Origin: Chlorokybus atmophyticus
Lineage: Eukaryota; Plantae; Mesostigma and Chlorokybus algae
Assembly: GCA_009103225.1 (NCBI GenBank)
Contig: RHPI01002048.1
Location: forward strand, 299,702-363,701
Direction: 5' to 3'
DNA: 64,000 nucleotides
Every line of letters begins with the position of its first letter. Within the stretch, counting starts at the first letter, position 1. Shown here piece after piece: positions 1 to 13,990 of the stretch. Below the pieces are notes generated by a model. It did not search any database, was not told the origin of the DNA, and worked only from the letters and a program-made list of their open reading frames with translations. Made by a program: the position numbers and the translations under genes.

Positions 1-535
1 AGACAAGCAGTCATTGAGCTATTCGTCGCTACAGTTCCTTAATCAACCAAGCTCTAAGAATGTGCATGCGCCCTCGCTGGAAAGTCTAGCTTATCGACCA
101 GCATAGTGTAGCTGGTTAACAACACCCGCCTTTGGCACTACACCTCAACCTGCCGCCACGCTGACACAGCCAGGCCAGAGTCGATCAGGCCACAATACCA
201 GCTTGATGACAGTTAACCTCTCAGCTTCCTACAAGCTAGTTTGCCCGCCCGCGACACTCGCACTCAACTCGCAGCGCGCATTAGCGTCCACCTTCCGACC
301 TCTTCAATTAGGGTTTGTTGAACGCAACCAATCGATCAGACTACACCAGGCCAGGCCAGGCCAAGCTAGGGCAGTGCTGCTTGCGCCGGATGGGGCTGAG
401 GCGCACTGGTTGGAGCTGAAGTGGTGGAATGCCGGCGGCGGTTGCGGACATCGGCGCATGCCTGGAGCTGGGCGTCCAAGATGTAGTACGCTACATCTGT
501 AGGAAGGGGTTGATAGCTGGCTGATGTGAGGTGGC

Positions 536-3500
536 ATGGCGGCGACTTTGGCTGCAGTGAAGCCTAGGCCTGATGTTTCATTGGGAAGACAGGTACTCTA
601 TAGGTCGCAATCACACCTCAGGTGCTGCAGATCTGTTGGTGCGTCCACCCTTGCTCCTAACTGTCTGTAGTGCTTGCTTGAGACAGTTGGATTTGCTCAG
701 TTGTTCAATTTGTTAGCACTATTGAGCTGTGCAAGTTATCATCTGGTGGCTGAGTTGATGAAAGATACAGCTTGTACTGCACATACCTAGGTCACAACAC
801 GGACAAGATGTGCAGCTCAATGGTAGCGCAAACAACTTTGTTGTGGCAATGAAGCAGCATTCCTCTCTGCGCTTGATAATCGGGTACCAATGCGGATCTC
901 AATTTCGTCTTGAAACTGCTTGTAACAACTAGCAGTGGGTATGTTGAGATTCATGCTCCTGAGTTGGTCGTGTTGGTGATGACTCGCCAAGTGCACACCA
1001 CGTTTGTTGACTACGCTGCATGATGCTCGCAAATTTGTCCTGACTATAAATCGTGCGTGCATGTCAACGCAATGCACGCGTGACGCGTGCATTGCGTATG
1101 ACCATGCGCACTATGCATTGTGCGTGGTACATATGACCACGCACAATGCATAGTGTGCGTGGTCATATGTGTTGGTGCGCTGTCAAGAGTGCATATGATG
1201 ACGCCTTCGGTGGCAGGCATCCTCGCCACTGAGGCGTGCCATTTCAACGCCAAGAGGCAAGCACACAGGAGAAGATGGCGCCAGCCGAGCGCCGGACTTG
1301 GACTCGGCCGGCTTCAGTGTCATTGATTTTGTCAACCAGATTTTCCCCAATGGTGGTGACAATTCCCCCAGTAATATGCACATGGTTATCAGTGTACCGG
1401 TCTCATTGTCCCCCAATGTGCAGAAGCCTCGTTGGTTGGTGTTGACCCGCTCATAAACAAGTTGAAGAACCGCATAAGACATGTCGATGCGGAGATACTC
1501 ACCGCAGTCCGGCAGCAGGTAAGGCTTACAACACCACTAGTGTGAACATATGGAGTCACACAGTTTTTGAGTGATATACGTCAGTACCAGTCCAGCCTTT
1601 GAATGTGCGCATGTGCGTGACACATTGCATTATCTGCAGAGCACATCTGGCTCGCAAGCGCGACACGATCTCGCCGACGCTCAAAGGGCAATACAGGTAG
1701 AATTGACGGTTCGGTAATGTGTGTGCCAGGCGTTATGCGCTATTGTCAAATAATGGTTGTGCGTGTCATCTAGGAGCTGTTCACCAAGATCAAGGAGATC
1801 AAGAAGAAGGCAGAGCAGAGTGAAGTCATGGTCCAGGAGATCTGCAGGGACATCAAGAAGCTCGACTACGCGAAGAAGCACCTTACAACCACCATCACAG
1901 CACTCCGGCGCCTTGCTATGCTCGGTGCGTTACCTTTGGCGTGCATGTGCATGTATGTGTATGTGGGGCGTGTGTGCGTGTGCGTGCATGGCTCCTTGAC
2001 ATCTAGACGAACTTACTCTTGCGCTCGCAGTGTCGGCTGTTGATCAGCTGCAGGACATGGCCGCCAACAGGCAGTATTCGGATGCAGCCAATCTGCTGGA
2101 GGCTGTCAACCAGCTCTCAGCGCACTTTGAGACTTACCAACAGATACCAAAGATCTCAGAACTGCGCAGCAAGTTCCAGAACATAAAGCGCAATCTGCGA
2201 AATGCCATCTTTGACGACTTTACAGCGTATGCACCCTGCCATTGTCCATCGATGACAGCATGTGATTGTTGTCATGTTTCATGACAGTCAGAACACTGCC
2301 CGTGCAGCCTCAAAGCACTCAGCGGTGCAGAAGAGACAGGCGTTATCATTCGGGAACGGCTTGCCGCAGCTTGTCAGGTGGATTAAGTAATGTCTCAGAG
2401 AAAGTTGCCTTCTGCTACTCTCAATGCATAAATTGCATGCTTGATGTCAAAGCCACTGATGAAGGCTGCGTGGTAGGTGGTTGACTCTCTGGAGCCTTCT
2501 GTACGCGAGGAGCTAGTCTCCAGCATATGCGGCAAAGAGTTGTTGCCATACCAGCAAATTTTCCAAGGCACCGGTAAGGGTTTGAGCAACAACAACTGCA
2601 TTGTTTTCGCTTGTGCACGCATGCGCTTTGACTTCATCGGCGCAGCCACTGTGTGTATTGCACAGTGAGACAGGTCATGGTCATCGCGTAGGTGATGTCA
2701 CCAAGCTTGACAAGGCTGAGCGCCGGTACAGCTGGATCAAGCGGCAGCTGGCCACCATTGAGGAGACGTGGAGCAGCATCTTCCCTGCCAACTGGCGCAT
2801 GCAGCAGCTTCTCTGCATGGAGTTCTGCAAAATTACCAGGTTATTACACTCATCTGCGGTTAGCACATTCAGACATTTGTTTTGCTTGCGCAATCGTGTA
2901 GTGTAAGTCTCAACAACACAATGCGCTCTCTCAACAGTTTGTGACAGCTTGCGGTTGTGCTCTGTAGGGCGCAGATGATGGAGAGTTTGGATGCGCAGAA
3001 AGGTAACATTGATGTGGCAGCGCTCCTGCAAGCTCTGCAGCGCACTCTCGACTTTGAAGCGGAGCTTGCCCAGCGCTTTGGCTCCAAAGACACCGTGAAG
3101 ACTGTCACGCGTAAGCAGCTTCGTACATGTTGTTTATTGCTGCATAATGACAGGTGCCAGTATAACTTGCGTGCACGTGCGCGCATCTTGTTCTGGCGCG
3201 CACACATGCACGCACGCCCGCACGCGTACAAGCGTCAATAGCAGACCTGTCGACCTTGCACATGTGTAATGCAGACTTGCTCATCCACAGTGTTGCAGCT
3301 ACGGAAAGCGAGGATGAGGCGGATGTTGACGACGAGCCGAACCAGCGTGTGGATGCCAAGGCCGTGCGCAGCAAGTACGCTCAGCTCAAGAACCCCCCGA
3401 AGCAGGACGAGCAGCTCACGCCCAATGAGCTGGAGGATCGCAAGCAGTCCGCCCTCGCAGCCGCAGCTGCCCGCTTCAACTTTCGAGGAACCATTTCCAG

Positions 3501-5617
3501 CGCATTCGAGCCGTACATGCAGGTTAGTTGTGCACTCTGCTGCAGTGTAACTTGCCTCTGCAGCAAATACACATAAAAACTGAAACAGATGTGTGATGCA
3601 AGTTTGCATGGAAGTTGGTGACTTTTGTTTCTTGCTTGGTATGCAGGTGTATGTGGATCTTGAGGAGAAGACTCTCATAGAGACGCTTGAAAAGCTGATT
3701 GCAGAAGAGTCGTGGTCGCCAGATGATGCAACGCACTCAAAAATCCTCACATCGTCCACTCAGGTCAGAAGGGTTGGCACTTGCGTGTGCGTGTGTTTGT
3801 TGTGTAAACACATTTGCGCTGAGGCTGTTTTTCGCAGGTTTTTCTGAACATCAAGAGGAGTCTCAAGCGATGCAGTGCACTCACAACCGGTCAGACTCTT
3901 TTCAACTTGTTCAAGGTGTGCTGCCCGAGCAGTTGCATGTATCAACCTGTCTGGCCCCTTCGCTGTCTCCGTCAAACAATCTGCCTGTGCAAACGCTGAA
4001 CACGCAAGGATTCTGATTATTACCAACAGGTGTTCCAAAAAGTGCTGCGGGCGTATGCGGCCAAACTCAATGGAAAGTTGCCCAAAACTGCGGGCCCGCT
4101 GGTTGCGAGCTCGGCAGGCACAACAGACTGGCATGTAAGGCATACATAGACGCAGTGATGCATGCTGTGATGATGTTGGTTGACGCAGTTCCTTGCGCTC
4201 GTTTGTGACAATACTTTTACTTGATGCACAGGTAAAACTGGACAGCAGAGAGGAGCGTACCCTTTGCTTCATCATCAACACAGGAGAGTACTGCTCGGAA
4301 ACTGCTGAGCAGCTCAGGCAAAGTGTTGCTAAGGTTGGTACTGCAAAGCCAATGACACTGCATTGAGATAGGTGACTCCGACCTGAATACTAGCCAAGTA
4401 TGGTAAAAATGTTCGAGCACATGCTGAACAAACTCCATGCCACAGGTGATTAATGCAAGCTTCATTGAGCAAATGGATATGTCTGGCGAGCAAGAACAGT
4501 TCAGCGGTCTTATCACGCGTGCGCTTGCCATCCTCGTACTCGGTATTGAGACCAGATTGGAAGCCGCTTTACAGGTGCGTTGGTGTGACGTGTCCATTAC
4601 ATCCGTATGCTGCCAAACAACTTGCGCAATTATAATTATTCAATGTTTGGTAGCTAAGTTGTTGTTGGTATTGTGCAAAGGGGATGGCGAAGACCAACTG
4701 GGGCAGCTTGGAGGGCGTTGGTGACCAGTCGGAGTACGTGAACATGATCAACCAGGTTTTGACGTCCTCGGTGCCACAGATGCACGAGCTGATGCCGCCA
4801 CTGTACTTCCGCTTCTTCTGCGACAAGCTCGCGGCGTCCTTCGCACCCCGCTTCTATGTCAACATCTTCAAGTGCAAGAGGATATCCGAGACCGGAGCCC
4901 AGCAGATGTTGCTCGATACGCACGCCATCAAGACGCTTCTCATGGATGTGCCGACAATGGGCAGCCAGGCAAGTGTACACGTTTGTGTTGACTACGAGAG
5001 CGTGTCGGGTTTGGTCGTGTTGTTGGCTGAATTGTGTACATTGCAGCAGGGTGTTCCTGTGCCTGCCAGCTACAGCAAGTACGTTACACGAGAGATGGGC
5101 AAGGCAGAAGCGCTGTTGAAGGTCATTCTGTCACCAGCAGAAGGCCTTGCCGACACGTACAAGGCGCTGCTGCCGGACTCCGCACCGGCAGACTTCCAGC
5201 GGGTGTTGGAGCTCAAGGTATGTGCAACACGCACACACATGGTTGATACCTTTGGCAGACAGTGACCAGTTGATGGGTACATGCGACAAGGGCATCATGC
5301 ATTAAGTGTGGTTTGGCAATACATCTGCTTACTATACACCACATCAACAAGCATACTGTTGTTTACAGGGGTTGAAGAAGAGCGAGCAGCAGTCGTTGGT
5401 GGACGAGTACGGACGGTTGGGGGGCGGCAGGACAGTTCCATCAACCAACCCGGTTGCGTCTGCATCGGCAACGGCGTCTCTGTCTCTTCCGGGGCGGGCG
5501 GCGGTGATGCAGCAGGCGGCGGCCGCGGCCGTGGCGTCCAGCAGCGGTCTCAAGAAGATATTCAACCTGGCGGAGTCATCGAAGAAAGAAAGCTCTTTCC
5601 GCAAACTGTTCCAATGA
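536..5617 (+). CDS. VPS53: Vacuolar protein sorting-associated protein 53 (GARP/EARP subunit), multi-exon
   Basis: GT-AG exons spell [57 protein letters not shown]...[43 protein letters not shown] and end ...SSFRKLFQ* at 5617. These match the plant VPS53/HIT1 family. The first exon (ATG 536, donor 593, acceptor about 1217) is inferred from phase compatibility. Confidence 0.95.
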
Positions 5618-8256
5618 TATGCCTTGTCGACACAGACAGTAGCATATGCATTGGGGCAATGGCAGTTGTACAGGCTTACTAAATGGTGTGGTTATGCCTC
5701 TGATGCGCAAGCTGCTGCTGACATGAGGTGCGCATCTTTCCAGTCAAAACTACAGACACCACACGGGCGTCATGGGAGTAGGCAGCTTCTTTGTTGGTTG
5801 TGATAGGAGCGCACGGCGATCTGGAACCTTGCCACAATCATTACATGCAGGTTGTTTTACATCAGTAAACCCCCTATCAATATCAACGCAGCAATGGCGA
5901 GGAGAGAAGCATAGGCGTATTCTGAGTAGTGTTCGCTGCTGGCACACATTGTTAAGTCATTTTGGCAACCCTTTCTGCATCTGCTCAGTGGCGGCTTTGC
6001 CCCGGCCTGCTCAATAGTATGGTAGCGCAAACAAGTGTAGAATTGCCTCTTCCAGATGTTCCCAGTGTCTTTTTGTGCTGAACGGTATAGCATTTTGCGT
6101 ACCAACCAACTGTACATACAATGTGGCCTGCATGTGTGTGCATGATAACAACACGCACACGTAGCGCATGTGCAACGTACAGTGCAACACCCCTACATCA
6201 CCAGAAACCGTAGCGGCAAATGCTAAGTTCGCCAGACTGCATACCCAGTGCTGCGTCTTCTGGCATATGAGCCTTGAGAAGTGTGCGTAGCTTAAAATGT
6301 GCAACATGGCTATCATTAATATCATTTTGCACATTTCATTGTCCTACGAGTGCGTTTAGCTAGCCCTCCATACCAACCGACTCACCCTGGCATACTGTAC
6401 AAAATGCGATCATACGCACGTGCCTGCGCTTATGGTGAGTCTCGCACACTTCATTGCATGCAAGTACGTTCACAGGTAACTTCTAACGCGTGTGCAACTT
6501 GCATTTGCACTCCTTCGTAATAATTTGTGTAGCTGCTTGTGACACAGCCTGCTTCATGCACACAAGCACAGTGTCATTGCGCGACTATACCGGAACAGTT
6601 TCGTGATGCTAAGAGGCGGTGACTGCAATGTGGCGTGAAGGATGTGGTGTGGTGTGCGTGGTAGGGACTGGCGCTGTGATGCACTTATGTATATTGGTAT
6701 GTTGGTATAGACTAGACTCGTTGTCATATATGCATGCATTTTAGAAACTGAGTGTATACAACTGCATGTGTGTCCGCATATTTGCAAAGAGTAAGCAAGT
6801 ATGCAATCCAACTCTCTACTACATTGCCAAGCGTTGAGCTGACTCGCGCAGCTACCATGCCACAAACACACCCGCACGCCGTCGCTACACATATTATACG
6901 CACCACGCATGGGCACAACTACTAAGTCTGTGCCTGGGTTTGTGCTATTTGTGTATAGTCCGCACGTGGCCCCCATACTCATAGCCTACCCTAGCTGAAA
7001 CAACACGCAGCACACCACATCGACACGCCCGCAGGCATGCAAGCGCACACGCACATGTATGAGCTGTACGTGCGTGAGCGCATGTGCGTGTGCATTTGCG
7101 CGTGCTTGCGTGTTTGTACCTGTGTGCAAGTGGCAGCAAACTGACAAAGCGAGGGCTATTTCGCTAAGGCTAAACTGCTGGTCATGACACCTGACTCGAA
7201 CGCAGGTACTTGCTTGCTCTTCCGTCCCTGTTGCTTGACTATGACTGAGTGCGCGTAGTTACATGCTCCTGTATGGGCCAAGGCTTCCAGTCAGCTGGTG
7301 AGAGGTTGTGCAGTGTTGCTGTTCAGTGCGTCCGCCATGTGGTTGCATGCGTGTGCGTGTGCGTATGGGCGTGCAAATTGGTTCGCTGACCATATGGCAG
7401 AGCATGCCACTTGTCATAGCCAAAAATTGCAAAGGTTTGCAAATGGACAACAAAAGAGCGTGCCATTAATAATATATGCAACTAGCAGCATCCGCTGTGT
7501 CACATCTCTTGTCGAACACAACTGGCTGCAGATTCTATAGTGAATGTGTTACTAGATAACATAACGCATGCATTGACTGTCAGCGCCCGTCCCTGACAAG
7601 TCACACACCACGTAAATCCCACTGCCGTCATCACCCACACCAAACACATGGTCAGACACACTGCACACCACGCACATTGAACGTATATTCGTACCGCACA
7701 TACACTACGGCACCTCGCATATCCTGTATATACAACCACACAGCGTCACGCGAGGCTACAACACCGTTGTTGTTGGCGTTGCTCGCCCGCATGTTGTCGC
7801 CGTCCCCAGCATTGCCAGCACTGCTACTCGGTCAGCATTGCTGAGCGTTCACTACGTCGCTAGCACACGTCCCGGCAGACAGCTATGCTTGAGAAAGATT
7901 TTTAGATGTGGAGGCCAGCTTATCATGGCAGCTGGCACAAGGCATAGTGCAAGCAGCCGACACAACACAAAACACTATTGCTGTTATATTGCAACACAAG
8001 TGAGGGTTCCACGAGTGCTATATCTGACCTAACAACACACATATATGGCACTGGCCACATAAGCTATGCATCCATTAACACAAGCAAAGTTGGCTTCTGC
8101 CCCATGCTGGATGGCAACAGCAGCATTGTGGCTGCTTCAGCAAAAGATCAACGAGGTTGAGCAATGCAGGGAAGTTGTATGTCACTACGTACAGAGAAGT
8201 GTTATGCTACAGCTCTATGCCATGTTTGTCAGCCCAAATCAGGCGCCAGCGTATAC

Positions 8257-11200
8257 TCAACCCCTGGCGGCGATACTGGGCAGGCCTGTCAGGAGGTGTT
8301 CGGGCTCAAAGTTGGCGGTGGTATCCTTAATGTAGGGTCCATTCCATATAGACAGCGCAGTGACGCGATCCGAGTACTCCAGGTCCGGCAGCAGCTTGGG
8401 CGTGAGCAGGAAGCATTGCGGCGTGTCGGGTCGGCTTGTGATCTGCACCAGCTGGCGGAAGATGGTGCGCTCGTTGGTGGGGTCCATGCCCTGGTTGATC
8501 TCGTCCACGACGCGGAAGGGGCACGAGGTCAGGTCCTGCATGGACAGGAGATACAACATGGTCGCAACGGAGCGCTCCCCGCCAGACTGGCGCTGCGCGC
8601 TGAGGATCTGAAGCGACTCTGTCGCTCTGTACTTCACGCGGATCTGCATCTCGAGCTTGGAGAAGTCTTCGTGCTCCACGAGAGAGACCTGCCCCTCGCA
8701 GCCTCTAGCGGCCTCGCTGAAGAAGCGGCTGAAGGAAGCGTTGATGCGTTCTGCCAGTGTGCGTACCTCAGGCAGCCACTTGTCCTGCAACAACCGTTGA
8801 GCATGTGTATGATGATGCCGATAGTAATCAACTCCATGGCCAACACTGAACTGTCTGAAGTCAGGCAGCGCATGCGTGGTCATGGAAAACTGCGTTGAGC
8901 ACACAAACTTCAATGAAACCTATTGAGTACCTTCACGGCATTGACATCCGCTAGGCCATGTTCGCGAAGGTTTTGAGACTCTGCAAGCTGCTGTTCCATC
9001 TCAGCAATCTCCTCCTTCCGCCTGTGATACTGCTCCAAGACATGAGGATTCAGACAATGTATACCGTCCCGCTCCAACTCTTTCGCTTGTATGTCGGCAA
9101 GCAGCTGCTCGGAGTTTGTCGCAAACTGCAGCCACACAACATGACCATCAGCACATGTCTCATTGCAACCACTGCACACTTGGCGCAGACGTGTTCATGA
9201 GTACCGTTGTGAACACTTCTTTCAGCTCATCAGTAAGTGGAGCTTCCTCCACCGCCTTTTTGTGAAGCGTCTGACACCTTGCCTTGTCGCCCGCCACAAT
9301 GGATGCACCTATGCTAGCGAGTTTGAGCATCTATATGGGTGCGTGCCATGCCGAGCACACCAAACAGCTCTTACATTGCTCTACAATCCTTTCCGCCTGC
9401 TGCAGAGCATCTGAAATCGCTTTTTTGTCTTGCTCCAATCCGGCTACCTGCAAGAAGCACACGTCATATATTGGATGGATGCGCTTGCTGCCAGCCAACA
9501 GTGTGCGGTCAAGATGCGCACCTGCTCATCCACTTCGTAAAATGCCAGAGTGGCAGCGGCTTCTGCCATCATATCAGCAGGCAGCGATGCCAACACGCCC
9601 TGCACACGCAATGGATGTCGGTTGCATTCCTTATAGAGTTTGGTGGAATGTCAGCTGAGTCTGCAGATTAATCACGTGCAGACTGTCCAAACAACAGTAC
9701 CTGCAATTGAAGCACTTGTTTTAGGCGCTTTTTGTTGACTCTGTCAATCTCGCCGAGAATTTCCTCTTCAGACCGGTGAGATGGTCGCTCTGCTTTGAAG
9801 CGGTTGTAACGCTCCAACTTTTGTTCTGTACAAAATACGAGGTAAGAGAAAGACCATGTCAGTACAGCTCAATCACAAGCTGTTTGCCAGTACAACTTGC
9901 TGGGATTGACATTGTCCGAACAACTGCAGTCTTACTCAGGGTGTTCGCAATCCTCTGGCGATTCCTCTTGGATTCCATATACGTTTTATGGATTGAACCC
10001 TGTTCAAACCATGCCTTTCAGGCACACTGCAAGTGCATGCTAGCGCTTTTGCAAAGAACTCACATGCTGACTGCGTAGAGCAGCGGCTTTGCTTTCCAAC
10101 TCCCGTTCTTGCGCGGCAAGTTGGGTGATATAAGCTGTCATCTGCTGGACCTCTAGTTCCAGCCTATTAGCCGTATTCAGCATGGTGTCCCTCTCAGTTG
10201 CATCTTGATCTGCGTTGCAGACATGCATCATAACATGTACCAACGCAGCCACAGAAACGGTAGGTAACCTTGTACATGCAGGCTTAATGTCATACCTGCT
10301 ATAATGATGAGCCGAGCCGACCGTATTTGGTTGCTTGCGAGCGATGATGAATTGGCATAACGGGAGACAGTCTTCCTGATATGACCATCAGGCATGTAGA
10401 GATCCTGAATTGGTGTTCTCTGGAACAGCTCATCTTGCATGCTTTCCGTTTCGCGTGTGCCAACATACTGCATACCACAACATAATTAAATCTCAATACC
10501 AATCAGAACGCTGCCTTTCCAGTTGCCCCAGATCTGCTGCTGCCTGCTAAATTAACACATAGCAATGCCGCACAGTGCTGCTGGCTTACTGAGCAATTAA
10601 CGGCAGAGAGGTCGCAGATCACATGCTTCACCACCAGAGGTGCTTCAAACACCTCGTCCAACGTGTGTGTGATACCATAGTTCGTGTACTGCAATAAGCA
10701 TATTAGATGTCAAACCTGCACAGCCGCACGTTTTACAAAACAGGAACAATGGCGTGACAGTACCTGCGATGCATCTCCCGAAGGATGCTGCAGAGGGGCA
10801 TTAGGGTCGGCTGCGTAGTTTGTGCAGAGGGCTAGACAACCCGCATTTTGCACAACTTCGCGGAGGAGTTCCGCATCCTCGCGATTGGTAGTCACAAACG
10901 ACTGCACAGACACAACGCATTTTCATTACAATAAACAGTCAAATGAACAGGTTAGCATGAGGGCATAGCAAGTCCTCGCGATTGGTAGTCACAAACGACT
11001 GCACAGACACAACGCATTTTCATTACAATAAACAGTCAAATGAACAGGTTAGCATGAGGGCATAGCAATCAATGAATATCACTTACTGTCCACACAGATC
11101 TGGCGCAATGCATCTCGAGGTACTTGGCATGCTCCTGGACTGGTACGTTCACCTGCCAACATATGATTTGTCTCGTTATCATATACAACAGCAGGGTCCT

Positions 11201-13597
11201 GCAGAAGTAAACCGATCAAAATCATTACCTCTAACAGAAGCGGTCCATACACAGGTTCCTTGAATTCTTGTTGCCTTCTTTGCACCTCCGCATAAACAAC
11301 CGGCAAATTCGCCATTTTCGGCAATTGCGCAAGATACCGCATCTTTTGAGCTTTTGTACTACTGTACTCTGCCAACCTGTGACGTTACTAGTCAGCCCTG
11401 CACCACTCACAAGTCTGCAGCAACTGTTGGTATCCAAGTTTACGCACTTGCTCTGCAAGTGCTCCAACTGCCTTCGTGGTAGCACTAGTTCTTCTTCTGC
11501 TACTTGCTTGTTGCTTTGCACATCCACCATTTGTTTCTCAAGTGCCGAGGCCTCTGCGTCCAAGCGTTCCTGGCGGTACGTTAATAAGCTTCTTCAGAGA
11601 TAAACTTACTCAGGCCTTGCTCAGCAGCGTGCTTGGAACCCATGCAGTAGTGCACAGATGCAAGTGAGCAGATGGCCTCTTGCAACTGCATAAGCAGGTT
11701 CGTACCAGATCTGGTGGCGGTGCAGTAATCTCAGGTTCTTTGTCCAGATCGCTTTGCAGTCGCTGGACTTCATTCTCAAACCCTATTAACTTTTGCGCTC
11801 GGTCTGCTCTATCTTGCCTGGAGTGTTCGAGCTGCTGATCCAGTGTTGCCACTTTGTTCTCCTGCAGGTTGGTTTGAGAACTAGCCAACTGTACGCATCG
11901 ACATGCACACAACAACGTGTTTACTTACCAACTCAAAAAGCTTTACCATCAAGGATGTCTTGCTTTGGTCGGTTTGTTCAATTTGGCGTCTAGCATTTTC
12001 TGCAGCGACTTTACATCTCTGTCGTTCCTCCTTTTTGGCTCTACACCACACCGGTTGCTGATCACTTCAGCATACGCATACGCCAACACAGTGCCGCGGG
12101 CCACAACTCACTTGATCGGCTGGTCAAATTGAGTCAGCTCAGCCCTTCTCTGGGTTCGTACAGCCTTGGCCTCTTTCTCCTTATTCTTACTTTCGTCCAA
12201 TTGCTGCTTGGCAGCGTGGTATGCCAGCCATGGCAACTTCAACTTCATCAAATTGATCTGAGAAGGACGAGTCAGGCAATGCTGTGCGCTACGTTGCCAT
12301 TGGGGGCAACTCTAGCAGTGCCGGAGTTGTGCTGTGCACTTACCTGTTCTTCAATAGCCTGCCTCTCTTGCAAGCGCGTGACATCCTTTTCAACATCACG
12401 GTTCTGCTGCTGAAGCCTGTCAAGCCGATCCGTATGCTTGCGGACATTCTAACAAAAGAGGCTCGACTCAGGGCACGAGAAAAACCTGGCCCTGCGCAAC
12501 TACAGCACTGTCATGTGTCGCATGTACCTGATCAAGCGCTCTAAGCTTGGCTCCCAACTCAACCAGCTGGTGGTGTTGCGCCAGCAACTCGGGATCGCCG
12601 ACAGCCTTTTCGGTTTCTACCAGCAGCTGAGCGGGGTTGAGCTTGGCAAACTCACAGACCCTGTCTTGCGGTAGAAACTGCAGCATGACGTTATCGGCAT
12701 GGCATACAGAAGTTTGGTTTCTTGTAAACCAAGTTGTAAGCAACTTGAGGTGGATGCTGATGCTAACCTGACATAAGTTGTCAAGCTGTATGCCAAGCTC
12801 CTTGACCTTCTTCTCGATGGTCCGCACTCCAACTGGCTTGCCTGCAAGCCCACAGCATGTCAACTGTGAGCTTTGATACGAACACACATCATGCAACACA
12901 CAGGACTTGCTTGCCATTCAGTTTCCACTCGGAAGGCTTTTCTTTAATCAACTTGCGGAAGATAACGACATCGTCGCCAGTCTCGGTGACGATGGATATC
13001 TCAGTGGTGCCCCAATATTTGGTGCGCATGATATACTCGTCTATATGTTCAGCACGCCCAAGTAACTGCCATGCAATGAACAACGGTGTGAGACTAGGGT
13101 TATCAACGCATGATACCGGTAGTTAATATCAAAGCACACTTCGAATAAGCTACTGCCTTGACTGATGTGACGTAAGTGTGCACAGCATCAATCGCAAATG
13201 CATGCATAGGCATGAAAGCAGCAGCTTCCAGTCAAGCAAACTCACTACGGCTCAATGTCAGCACAGCATCACGCTCTTGTAATAAGCAAGCTGACGCTGC
13301 AGCATGAGCGAACAGTCTGCTTGCCAGCGCGAGAGCTCTTGCGCGTACCTTCGGTGAAGCACCCAGGCCGAGAGCAATGGCGCACACAAAAGACGACTTG
13401 CCGCTACCATTGGGCCCAAAGATGACATTCAGGTTGCTACCAGGCTCCAGGGTGCACTCGGAGTAGGTCATAAACTGCACCACCCTGACCGTCCGAATGC
13501 TGCCCGGGCGGAGGGTCGGACCGCGCTTCTGGCGCTTGACCGACCTGCCGTGCGGCGCAACGTCCTCCTCCAGCTGGCTGTCATTGTCCTGCATCAT
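8257..13597 (-). CDS. SMC5: Structural maintenance of chromosomes protein 5, multi-exon
   Basis: N-terminal VQFMTYSECTLEPGSNLNVIFGPNGSGKSSFVCAIALGL (Walker A) and LDNLCQFLPQDRVCEFA. Coiled-coil exons follow. C-terminal QSGGERSVATMLYLLSMQDLTSCPFRVVDEINQGMDPTNER is SMC5-diagnostic. TGA at 8257-8259. Confidence 0.97.
10877..11068. repeat. Two-copy 97-bp-period tandem duplication spanning an SMC5 intron/exon junction
   Basis: cctcgcgattggtagtcacaaacgactgcacagacac...gggcatagcaa occurs identically at 10877 and 10974. Confidence 0.95.
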
Positions 13598-13605
13598 GGC
13601 GACCT

Positions 13606-13637
<32 letters not shown>

Positions 13638-13990
13638 TACGCCACCGTCGCCTTTGCCGCCAATTAGGACTTAGCGGCTCAACCAAGCCAAACATTTCGA
13701 TTTGGATGCCTGTTCGCGGGAAACGTACCGCTGAAGAGATGCCCAGCTGCGGCTTCTGCCCGCCGCGCCGCAGAGCGCATCACTTCCCCGCCCAAATTCT
13801 GAAGCCTCGATCCGGGTAGGAGATGCTTGGCATCGAAACAGGTTTGGTTGATCCTGAACACAGCTACGAGTATAAATATAGCTTGGCCAGGCCGGAGCCA
13901 CGCCAGGCCAGGCCAGACCGGACCAGGCCAGGCCGGACCAGGCCGGCGGTCGAGAGACGCTCGGGGTTTAGGTGTGACCGTCTAGGTTTG
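13598..13990. promoter_or_regulatory. Divergent (bidirectional) promoter region between SMC5 and SPATA17
   Basis: Only about 390 bp separate the two start codons. TATAAATATA at about 13871 is followed by a run of CCAGG/CCGGA pentamers (about 13885-13945). Confidence 0.6.

Noticed and set aside
820-6035. Shared 16-mer ATGGTAGCGCAAACAA at about 820 and about 6019 (CLRYH on the minus strand)
   Set aside because: Similarity does not clearly extend on either side. It may be an old repeat fragment, but no family or structure can be supported.
5700-8250. Possible additional gene between VPS53 and SMC5
   Set aside because: Only short ORFs in GT/CA-rich sequence. I could not build a consistent exon chain or recognise a domain.
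8164-8898. 244-aa plus-strand ORF (and similar antisense ORFs at 38817-39314, 44992-45657 and 53157-53633)
   Set aside because: These are antisense shadows of real minus- or plus-strand coding exons.
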